From Octopus bimaculoides (taxonomy: Eukaryota): a DNA stretch of 64,000 nucleotides. Within the stretch, counting starts at the first letter, position 1, and the number at the start of each line of letters is the position of its first letter. The position numbers and the translations under genes were made by a program. This document shows, one piece after another, positions 53,960 to 64,000 of the stretch. The notes under the pieces were generated by a model. It was not told the DNA's origin. It did not search any database and worked only from the letters and a program-made list of their open reading frames with translations. The stretch is from NCBI RefSeq assembly GCF_001194135.2, contig NC_068986.1:568720-632719 (forward strand), in the 5' to 3' direction.

Positions 53960-54290
53960 AAAGAAACACGCTTAGACAAATCTGGAAAATGCACGGCTAA
54001 TATAACAATCAACTCCGATTCTCAAATAAAGTCCTTTTCAATTACATCAAAATTCCGAAATTCATGCTTCATTTGCTCTCGCCATCAGAGTAAAAGAAAA
54101 CAGCCTGATGTGAACAGTATAGACACCATAAGTTCTTTCTCGGAAGAAAATATGATCCAGTTTCAATTTGGACTGAAACATTTCGTTCTTTCTATTGCTG
54201 AAACAAGCTGTAACGTGCGTTCGAAGTTTAAAAATGAGTAGTTCTGCTGTTGATTGTATACTTCGATCCAAGGGACACAACTTCTAGTTA
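53960..54290 (-). mobile_element. hAT (Charlie/SPIN-like) transposase fragment
   Basis: Eroded THVTACFSN..MFQSKLKL and HEFRNFDVIERTLFEN, resembling the HVxAFxxKLxLF and FxxRFxDF...LFxNPF motifs. Confidence 0.42.
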
Positions 54291-54539
54291 CATTATAGTT
54301 GTTTCAAGGAAAGTAACTCTTAATGTTATGGTTATAAGCTGACTAAGAGTTTCAAAATTGTAAAAATGACTGCAAAACGATGAGTAACAGAGTAATGGCT
54401 TTCCTATGTCAGTAAAATATATAACAGTAATACATTGTGATGGATTGGGCCCACGGTCAATGCAAGCGCTCCCAAGTTCGGTGAGAGTGATGTCGTTAAC
54501 ATTCCACTTAAACTTCTGCGGGAAAGACATGCACAAGAA

Positions 54540-55590
54540 CGGAGTTTTAAAGAGCAGACATACTGGAAAGAGAGGAATTAGGAAAGCAAGTGATGCTTTC
54601 GGAAGGCTAGAAAGGCGTCTCTGGAGTCGGCGAGACATATGCAGGAAGACAAAGATAAAGGTGTACAAGGCGTGTGTGCTCTCTTCTCTTCTTTATGCCT
54701 GCGAGACGTGGGTCACAAATCGATACCACCTTAAACAGCTGGAACGTTTCCATCAGACGTGTCTCAGACGGATCTATGGCATTAAGTGGGAGGACCGCAT
54801 CAGTGATCTTGAAATATTGGAAAGCTCTCGGTGTGAAAGTATAGAAGCTCTTTTGTTGAAGCAAAGGCTCAGATGGAGTGGTCATCTGGTCAGGATGAAG
54901 GATTCCAGGATGCCAAAACAACTCTTTTATGGAGAGTTAGCTAAAGGAGAACGACCTCCACATAAACCAAAAAAATTTAAAAAGAGGTACAAGGACTTGC
55001 TGGAGGTTTCCTTAAGAAATGCTTGCATCTCTCCTGACACATGGGAGGGCATAGTTATTAACCGTAGCAGGTGGAGAAGGATTGTGCACGAGGGAACAGT
55101 TACTTTTGAGAAATCTCGAGTTGCACAAAAGAAAGTAAGGAGGGACGTCAGGAAGGGCATTGTTGTTGCACTTCCAGACGGTAAGGGTCTTCCTATGACG
55201 CTGACATGGAGTGTCTGTGCAAGACCCTGCCTCAGTAAAGCTGGACTCAAGAGTCACCTTCGTAGTCCTAAAGTGAGACCGATGATTGACTACCAGGTCA
55301 CTTGGTGGTGGTGCTACACACCATACTAATCATATCGGTCAGGCATGTGGAAGGGAGTGTAATTCGGCGGGAGGACTTAAACGACAGGCAAAGGTACATG
55401 AAGCCCAGTTACAACTACAGCCGGCTATTGCCGGTAAAGGTTTAATCTGCCAATTCTATACAAGACATTGTAGATCTTAATCGATCACAGCACCGATAAC
55501 AGTTAAGCCTCGTACATAGGCCATACTCGATAACGAGGGGGCAGCCATCGTGTATGTATGTATGTATGTATGTATGTATGTATGTATGTT
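54540..55590 (+). mobile_element. RTE LINE 3' fragment with C-terminal C2H2-like fingers and (TGTA)n tail
   Basis: RKASDAFGRL...TKIKVYKACVLSSLLYACETW...LRWSGHLVRMKDSRMPKQLFYGEL...RSRWRRIVHEG, then eroded zinc fingers, a 3'UTR and (TGTA)n at about 55550-55590. Confidence 0.92.
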
Positions 55591-55704
55591 TTTTCTTTCT
55601 TAAAGTAGCAAGACTTTTAAAGTTAAGAAAGTTGCCAGTGTTTGTAAATATGTGGTTGAATCGGTGTTTCGGTTGAGCTGTCCGATGCACACAGCCAAGT
55701 GGGT

Positions 55705-56895
55705 GCATCTATTCATCTAAAGAATTTCAGATGGAGAATCTTTGTAATATCTTACAGATCTTCACTGTGCCGCTAACAGATAGGATTTGGAGAATCTGCA
55801 TCAGTTTCCTTTGCCCTTTTTTCGAAAAACCTAGTATTTCTAGGTTTTGGGGTAAATTTGTTGGTACATAAGCCCAACGCACCAATGAGGATAGGTACAA
55901 ATGAGAATTCATAGAACTCAGAGTACAAGAACTATATGTTCTCTTTTTGCTGGACTTTTGATTGAACCGCTACAAAAGGATGTTTGGACTGACCTTATGT
56001 CTCTACGTTCATTACTTCGTCTCACGTAGACCCTGTCGGTGTCGCTGTTAATGTGGGAGTTACCAGTAGTGGTCAGTGCCTTTCAAGTTTTGATGTCCAG
56101 GCTGCGGATCTCATCAAGTGTCCAGTCCAATGTCCCAAATATTGGCACTAGCACTGGCACTCTACAAAAGTGCATAACTCTTCTTCTCTGTCTCGCACAA
56201 CAATATCAGGTCTGTTATGGTTGCACCAAATGGCTAATTTTATTAGAGTATTACACAAGTATTCCTCGTTTTTAATGGTGTGAGTACCTGCTCAGCAATT
56301 CTTCTCCAACTCTGAAGATTTTGTTGCTTTCACTTTTGAGTATGCATCATGGAATGTACTCATTGCTTTCTTTAATGTTCAGCAGGTGTTGTTTGAGTGA
56401 TACAATGCGACATTCAAAGACGGTTTCGACTGACCTTATGCCTCTACCGCCTCACGTAGATCCTGTCAGTGTCGCTGCTAATGTGAAAGTTACCAGTAGT
56501 GGTCAGTACTTTTCAAGTTTTGATGCGAACCTCATCAAGTGTCCAGTCCAGTTACTAGCACCGGCACTGCAAAAGCATTGTGAAATATGGTCTTGTTAAA
56601 CGCAGACAGCTCCGAGTTCCTTATTTTCCGGTGTCTACAGAAGTACTCTTTTGTTATTCTGGCTTTGGCCACAGCACCAATGCATGCAACATTGTCATCG
56701 ATTCCGAGATACTTGTGGTTTTCATCATTAGGGATAAGCGAAACAGATAAGCCACCGGTTTACACGTTTTCTGCCTGGTCGACAATCTTTCCTCGGTTAA
56801 CCATCATGTATGAGCATTTATCTTGGTCACACCCCATTTCTACCTCTCGTGTGAAGGTTGTGACAAGTTCTAATTGTCTCTTAATATGTTTATAA
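55705..56895 (-). mobile_element. Rearranged R4/Dong-like element of a second subfamily
   Basis: KYLGIDD...FAVPVL (RT, present twice), NRPDIVVRD (endonuclease), and a frameshifted PILIGA/YVPTNL...ILQILSVSGTVKICK C-terminus. Confidence 0.8.
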
Positions 56896-57140
56896 TATTA
56901 CCAGAATATAACTTTAGGTTATCAACAAAAAATGCGCGGTGATATTAATTTGTGCGCGTGCGTGTGTGTGTGTGTGTGTGTGCTTGTGTGTGTGTGTGTG
57001 TTGATAAATGCCAGCGAATGTCTGTGGGCGACAGGCCAGAGTGTTGAAGAACGCAACAGCGAATTAGTCAAGTTAAAGTTAATCTATTTTTAAAATCTAA
57101 CCAGCAATAATTATGCAATGAGGAAAATATATACAAATAT

Positions 57141-57460
57141 AGGCGTGGGTGTATGGTAAGAGGTTTGCTTCCCAACCACATGGTTCCGGGTTCAGTCCCA
57201 CTGCGTGGTACCTTGGGCAATTGGATTTGCGAGACGGAAACTGAAAGAAGCCCATCGTATGTGTGTGTGTGTGTCTTAGCGCCTATGTTTGACAACCGAT
57301 GTTGCTGTGTTTACGTCTCTGTAACTTAACGGTTCGGCAAAAAAAAAAAAAACAAAGAATAGATAGCAGGCTTACAAAGAATAAGTCCTGAAGTCTATTT
57401 CTTCGACTAAAGGCGGTGCTCCAGCATGGCCGCAGTCAAATGACTGAAACAAATAAAGAA
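57141..57460 (+). mobile_element. SINE family A with an internal deletion
   Basis: Head and tail match 47505-47887. Part of the central block is missing. Confidence 0.85.
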
Positions 57461-58361
57461 TATTATCTAAATGGATGTCGGCCAGCATGGGAGACAACTC
57501 TTACGAGCCTCGTTGACGAAGCTTAGATTTTCTTTAAACCTCCCGCAAAAGTAGTGAAAGAGTCACTAAGTAAATATATAATATTGTACACTGCTGGGAG
57601 TAAATTGTTCAGAGAATAAAGAAATCAGAGACATCATCTCATTAATATTTATTACATAAGCTTCTACTAATTCTAAATAAAATTCCATCTTGAATATTAT
57701 TTACTCTTTATAATCTATCATCTCGAATTCTGATGCGGGTCAGGCAAAGTCACATATTCTCTTCGTAATTATATGGCTTCAGTTTCGATTTCAGTGCACG
57801 ACACTTTAGGCAAATGTCTCCTGTCATAGACTCGAGAGAAAACCGGTAGACGAGAACTTTGTGGAAGTTTATGGAAAATACTAGATCTTGTTAAATTTCT
57901 TCCTTTCTGCTTTTTTAACGTTATGGCATAGTTTAAAGAAATTTGGAAGCTATTTCTAGCATGTCGGGAAACCACGTAAAGTTTCCGCCCTCGTTTTCTT
58001 TGCCTTCGATTGGCCGAAGTTACATAATTTTTAAATGCTTCTAACTTCTTTATTATTAATTTCTACAAAAAGATTATCAGCCTGCAAAACTGTATCAAGT
58101 CTGGAAAATAATCTTTCTTTTACTCTTTTACTTGTTTCAGTCATTTGACTGCGGTCAAGCTGGAGCACCACCTTTAGTCGAACAAATCGACCTCAGGACT
58201 TNNNNNNNNNNCCTTTAGTCGAACAAATCGACCTCAGGACTTATTCTTTGTAAGCCTAGTACTTATTCTATCAGTTCCTTTTGCCGAACCGCTAGTTACT
58301 GGGACGGACGTAAACGCAGCAACATCGGTTGTCAAGCGATGGTGGGGGTACAAACAGTCAA

Positions 58362-58495
58362 CGATAGCATTATAGTCTCCTAACACCACTAATGTCTTCG
58401 ACGTCACGAGAAAGTTCGCTAGGCGCCGATAAAAATCAGTTTGAAATCCTCTAGCACAAGGTGCATAGATCCCGATCAACCTGAAGGCCTTACTC
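58362..58495 (-). mobile_element. L1/Tx1 apurinic endonuclease fragment
   Basis: IGIYAP...FYRRLANFLVTSKTLVVLGDYNAIVD (YAP and GDFN motifs). Abuts a SINE 3' half. Confidence 0.8.
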
Positions 58496-58542
58496 GGTCG
58501 ATATTAATTCTTACACTCTAAAGTTTTCAATTATACTCTTTT

Positions 58543-58960
58543 AAAACGGGAAACCTATGTTTTTGTTTTGTCCTCTTAAAGAGGATACCAGTTCAAATCC
58601 TACCCCGCCCTGCTAGAGGTGGGGTGTAGCAGTAAAGCCTGTAACGAGATTAATTTTTCCAAAAACGGGAAACCTATAATCTGTTTTTTTTTTGTTTTTT
58701 TTTCCTCTTAATGAGGACAATAGTTCAAAGAATAAAGCCTACAACGGCTGAAGTTCAATTTTCCTACACAGAATAGATTACACAGCATACATTAAAGACC
58801 AGAAACCTATATTGTGTTTTTTCCTCTTAATGAGGATGACAGTTAAAAAAAAATAAAACCTACAACGGCTGGAATTAAATAATTAACAATTCAGATCCCA
58901 CTCCCGCTGGGGGACGGGGCGCAACGATAAGCCTACAACGGCTTTAAAAAGTTCAATTTT
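58543..58960 (+). repeat. Three degenerate tandem monomers (about 120-140 bp) containing hairpins
   Basis: gaaacctat...tcctcttaa(a/t)gagga...a(a/g)cctacaacggct recurs from 58543, 58661 and 58801. Confidence 0.8.
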
Positions 58961-59893
58961 TCGCATATAACGATTGCCAAAATGGCTTTGCACAAACAAT
59001 TCCTTTCTCCCGTCACCGGGGAAAGGCACAAAGAATATCAACAGTTCAACAGTTTTCAACAATTGGATAACGTTCGACACGATAACAATAAATCCAACAG
59101 TAACAATCCAATTTTGAATAAAACGTTCCACTCACCACAAACACATCCGACAACGAGACAGGTAAGAAAGCGATTTACCACACAGCTACACCAGCGCCTA
59201 AGAATTTATAAAACAGTTCAAGTGGTTGGAAGAAATTCAACAAAATCCTGTTCAAATTCTTGTGTAGTAAACATAATCTGTCTCTTGGTTTAATTAACAT
59301 CAGGGTAAAGTCGTTTGGTGTTTTTAACGAAGTCCACACTATTGAAAGCATTTGGGACAGGTCTCAAGTAATAGGATATATTTCTACCTTCCGCCTATTA
59401 GTTACGGAAGACCTGAAAAGTATCATGGCCCAATCCTTTCTCCTCTTCTTAAACCATTGGAAGAAAAATACAGCAACTATATTATTCCCGTGGCTGNNNN
59501 NNNNNNNNNNNNNNNNNNNNNNNNNNNNNNNNNNNNNNNNNNNNNNNNNNNNNNNNNNNNNNNNNNNNNNNNNNNNNNNNNNNNNNNNNNNNNNNNNNNN
59601 NNNNNNNNNNNNNNNNNNNNNNNNNNNNNNNNNNNNNNNNNNNNNNNNNNNNNNNNNNNNNNNNNNNNNNNNNNNNNNNNNNNNNNNNNNNNNNNNNNNN
59701 NNNNNNNNNNNNNNNNNNNNNNNNNNNNNNNNNNNNNNNNNNNNNNNNNNNNNNNNNNNNNNNNNNNNNNNNNNNNNNNNNNNNNNNNNNNNNNNNNNNN
59801 NNNNNNNNNNNNNNNNNNNNNNNNNNNNNNNNNNNNNNNNNNNNNNNNNNNNNNNNNNNNNNNNNNNNNNNNNNNNNNNNNNNNNNNNNNNNN

Positions 59894-60152
59894 GCAGGGG
59901 ATGGTGGCGAACCCTGCTGTACTCTTTCACCACAACTTTCTCTCACTCTTTCTTCCTGTTTCTGTTGTGCCTGTAATTCAAAGGGTCAGCCTTGTCACAC
60001 TTTGTGTCACGCTGAATATCCCCGAGAACTACGTTAAGGGTACACGTGTCTGTGGAGTGCTCAGCCACTTGCACGTTAATTTCACGAGCAGGCTGTTCCG
60101 TTGATCGGATCAACTGGAACCCTCGACGTCGTAAGCGACGGAGTGCCAACAA
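59894..60152 (+). mobile_element. SINE family C, 3' part
   Basis: I recognise aaagggtcagccttgtcacac...gagcaggctgttccgttgatcggatcaactggaaccc...gacggagtgccaacaaca as an octopus-type SINE body. The 5' end is in a gap. Confidence 0.65.
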
Positions 60153-60448
60153 CATGAGTCAACTGGTGAACAATAGCGTCGTTGGTTAGTTTTTCCAGTT
60201 GAACAGTTATTGGTTGGTCTGATAAAAATCTGCAATAGCAAAGGATTGTCTGTGAAACTCACGCAAAATAAATACAATAGTTTATTTCATACACTGAAAT
60301 ACAGTGATATCTATGATAGAACAAACTATGAACAGGCAATTACGAGGCATCAAACTAATTTATAACACATTTCTATAACACCCTGAAAAGAGAACAAGGC
60401 TATATAAATAAATATCAATATAGCAGGAAACCAAGAAATGTCCGGAAG

Positions 60449-60530
60449 ATGAAAGATCCAAGTGATTTGGCACAGACGGGTAAACTCCAAGATGAGGTAG
60501 AAGTCCTTAGTGTTGATTTTGCCGTGATAG
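60449..60530 (+). CDS. Candidate first coding exon of an FAD/NAD-binding (Rossmann-fold) protein
   Basis: aagATG, open frame MKDPSDLAQTGKLQDEVEVLSVDFAVI plus G|gtaagt (consensus donor, phase 1). VDFAVIG resembles the beta-strand before GxGxxG. No downstream exon found in the window. Confidence 0.38.
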
Positions 60531-62975
60531 GTAAGTAAAATCCATGGTGTCACTGCTGAAAAACTCGTGCAACAACAAGTAAATTAGGTTGTGAATTTTA
60601 TCTCGCGTCTAGTTTTGCTAAGAGAAAGAGAGAGAGTGTGTATGTGTGAGGGAGAGAGAGAGGGGAGGAGTGGGTGAGATTGAGAAAGCCGGACGATAGC
60701 CAATTTAGTTCTTTTCAAAACCATATGGTATGGCCATAGCTGGAATTCTTTTGATCATAAATTTGTTAGATCATGGTGAATTGGCATTAAACAACAGCAG
60801 TAAATATTGTCAACAATACGGGCACCATAATGGCTTACAAACTGAGGATTTCTGCTCAATTTCCTGTCGATCGACAGTTTCTTCTCTTATATTTTCTTTA
60901 TCCCTCCTTCTACCCCCATTTCTCTTTCTCTCATTAAATGGTTATATTTCCATTTTATATTTAATATATCATTCAACATTTCCGATATGTTATCGTTATA
61001 CATACTTCCATATGTAATTGTTGACATGACCGGAGTTTACAGTGTGACAGACATCTACCCATTCATCCGTTCCGTCTTTATATGTCTCTTTATTCTGTCT
61101 GCATCAATGGTTCCCAAACTTATTTGTCGCAGAAACCATTCCTATATTTTGTTCAGAATATTAATGCATCTAGAGTTATTTCCCTTGCCCTGCAATCGTT
61201 TTTCAAATACATTCGTTTTCTTTTCCTTACATGTAACTTCGATATTTAAAAATACTTTTTCTGTTCCTGGTGAACCTAAACATATAACTGGTATGTATTT
61301 CTTCAATTTATACCGAGTGATCAAAATTAATATCGTCTTTATTGAACACAGGGTGTTTTTTCCTACTGAACATAATCACACATAACTGTTTACTGAAGTG
61401 GATTCCAAGAAAAAATTCTTGGCCTTCTGCAAAATAAGGTATCTTAATAAAATTCGATAAGAATATATTTCATAATAAAAAAAAAATTATATTCACCATT
61501 TTCAAAATAATACATTATTACATGCTTTTTATATGAATAAATCCTTTCCCTGAAAAATATTTTTTGTTTCATTTAATATTGTATTAAACTTAGAGTGACA
61601 GCAGAGTCGGTTCTAGGTTTGCCGGCGCCCCGGGCGCGAAATTTTTTTCCTATGAGAGTTTCGGACCCCAGTAATGAACTCATTTGCATACAGCCAATCC
61701 GTTTTTCCTGTCTAGTCAGCACCGTGCATTCCTTACTCTTTCCCAAGAGCCAAGCGACAGTTTTATGTGTGGGAGGTAAATTTTATGTGCATCTGTTAGC
61801 TTCTGCCACCCTTGATATTCAGCCTCATAGGACCTTTATAGTTTGTTGTTGTTTCCATCAAGAAGAAGCCACGTTACAAATGGAGATGCATTCAGAGATT
61901 TTGTGTATGGTTTTGGATAAAACGTATGCTACAGAGTAGGATCAACGAATTCAATCGATTATAGCCCAATATAATCAAATGTCATTCTTCTTTTCATTTT
62001 TTTTAAACTTGAAACTTGATTTTAGATTAATGGGTTGTTTTAGAGAGTTGAGAAGAAAGTGGAGCTAAAATGGTTCTGGACAAAAATTGAAACCGTTTGT
62101 GCTTTTTTCTCTCTCTCTCTCTCTCTCTCCCCCTCTCTCTCTCTCTCTCTCTCTCTTCAGCTCAAGACCAAGAAATGAACCATTATAATAAAGGACTAAT
62201 GGTTCAGTGGATATTTTTGTTAGTTTCTCTACCAAAGCCTCGATATTTTGTTGAGAAGTAATTATATTAATCTCTTGGGAGAAAGGAACAAGGATGTGTC
62301 GTTTCCATGTGTTTCTGCAAAAGCAACAACGACGAAATCCAATTGTAATTATTTCAACTGGGAAGCGACACCCGGTCGTGATCAAGGTTAATTCGAAATT
62401 GTTACAGTGGCGTCAAAGAGTTTATTCGCAACGTTTAATCACCAAGAAATCTCTATACATTGTTATTTTATCGTCTTCATTTTGTTCGTAGAATGAAAAT
62501 AGTATACTATGACGGTAAAAATTGAAATAACTGAACAAAAATCATTTAAAAATTTGGCTACAATAAAGTCTGAAGAAAAAATATCACAAATAATAGTTAA
62601 CATTTAACCTTTGAACTACGTTATTAAATTTCGTGGTCAGTCTCTAAATGGTGTTAATTATCCACCAATTTTTTTTTTTTTTTTTTTTTCTTTCTGTGAT
62701 ACTTTTTACAGTATCTCCTGGTGATACAGTTTTCATATCCACCATTAAAAGTATTTGNNNNNNNNNNNNNNNNNNNNNNNNNNNNNNNNNNNNNNNNNNN
62801 NNNNNNNNNNNNNNNNNNNNNNNNNNNNNNNNNNNNNNNNNNNNNNNNNNNNNNNNNNNNNNNNNNNNNNNNNNNNNNNNNNNNNNNNNNNNNNNNNNNN
62901 NNNNNNNNNNNNNNNNNNNNNNNNNNNNNNNNNNNNNTAAAAAAAGTTTTTTGGCCAAAAACCCCCGTTTTTGGA

Positions 62976-63301
62976 TACGGAGGTTCGGAAAAATTGCCAA
63001 AAATCGGCATTGTTAAATTTTTCGCCCCTTCCCCACCAAATTCTTCAATTTTGACTTTTCTCCCCAACACTAACTGTAACCGTAACCCTAACCCTAAAAC
63101 CCTAAACCTAACCCTAAAACCCTAATCCTAACCATAATTACAGAAATGTTTTGAAATTTTTGTCTGAATCATAATCTCCGTGTTTTTCCGCATATTTTGG
63201 AGAAAAAAATTAGGAAAAAAGTAAAAAACGAAGGAAGTGGGGATGAGGGGTGTTAATTTAAAAATACCGATTTTTGCCAATTTTTTTGCAGATTCCCCGT
63301 A
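62976..63301. mobile_element. TA-bounded inverted-repeat element with an internal CCCTAA-like array
   Basis: Arms about 70 bp long, e.g. aaaaattgccaaaaatcggcattgttaaatt versus the reverse complement of aatttaaaaataccgatttttgccaattttt. The core has CCCTAA/CCCTAAAA units at about 63070-63135. Confidence 0.65.
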
Positions 63302-64000
63302 GCCGAAAAGGGGAGAGGTCGAAAAAAAAAAGGAATTTTTAATGTTGGTTTTTGGGTGGGGACGGGCGAAAGTCTTGCCAAGCATTGCTTTAATTTAGTT
63401 TTATTTGTGTATATTGCTTTGACTTATTTGCTCTGTGACATTTATTCTTGCATTCATAACACGCATGCTACTCCGAATGTGTTGTTGTTGTTGTTGTAAT
63501 TGAGAAGATCTATGATCGAAGTATTCTTGCTGTGACCATCCCGTTTATTTAGGGAATATGTAAGATTACATTATCCAATATGTCCTCTGTACTTGAGATG
63601 ACAAGGTGTTATCTAAGGGAGATTTAGCCGCTATCTGTAGCATTTCACGCAACCGCTTAGAGACTCGCTTTTTGACTTGTTCTGTTCTGTAATGCAGTAA
63701 TAATGTAAGCGGACTGGAATGACGTCAAATGAGAATCAGAAATAGGTTGCGGTAACAATCGCCACTTTAGGAAAAGAAAAAAATTTTAATCATTATTCAT
63801 TCGTTTTTACGTCTTATTTTTCGTGTTGGCTGGAGTTAGACGGGTAAGCTATTGAGATATTGTTTTAAAGCCGGATGTCTTTCCGGTCTTCGAAAGCGCA
63901 AAACCAACGGACGATTTCTTATGGGGGAAATAATAACAACGTCACCGCTTGTATCTCAACGGTTTTCGAATAAGTGCAAATGTAAACAAGCACGTTGATA

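Noticed and set aside
58172-58241. Exact 30-bp direct repeat resembling a repeat-spacer unit
   Set aside because: Flanks a 10-N gap within a SINE tail. Scaffolding artefact, not CRISPR-like.
58730-58755. agcc-tacaac-ggct-gaag as a hammerhead stem II
   Set aside because: The CTGANGA box is absent upstream and GAAA is not intact.
63070-63135. Possible true chromosome end
   Set aside because: The array is short, degenerate and embedded between inverted arms, with ordinary sequence on both sides.

Overview
AT-rich metazoan genomic DNA, most likely an octopus or other coleoid cephalopod. That assignment is inferred from recognisable octopus-type tRNA-derived SINE families and the microsatellite load, not from a database search. 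One protein-coding gene is well supported: a plus-strand TMEM272-like four-transmembrane protein, with coding exons at 15706-15877, 22383-22442 and 35554-36023 and a candidate start exon at 14444-14493 (234 aa if joined). A possible first coding exon of a second gene, with a Rossmann-fold-like N-terminus, lies at 60449-60530. Most of the rest is repeat-derived: many SINE copies, eroded non-LTR retrotransposons (L1/Tx1, RTE, R4/Dong-like, Hero-like), Tc1/mariner and hAT transposase fossils, several MITE-like inverted-repeat elements, microsatellites and assembly gaps. Nearly all other ORFs in the track are microsatellite, SINE or N-gap artefacts. I found no intact novel multi-gene system. The most interesting unexplained structures are two TIR elements carrying telomere-like arrays, a tandem hairpin-monomer array leading into an unassigned eroded ORF (58543-59496), inverted SINE pairs around a TMEM272 exon, and rearranged transposon fossils.
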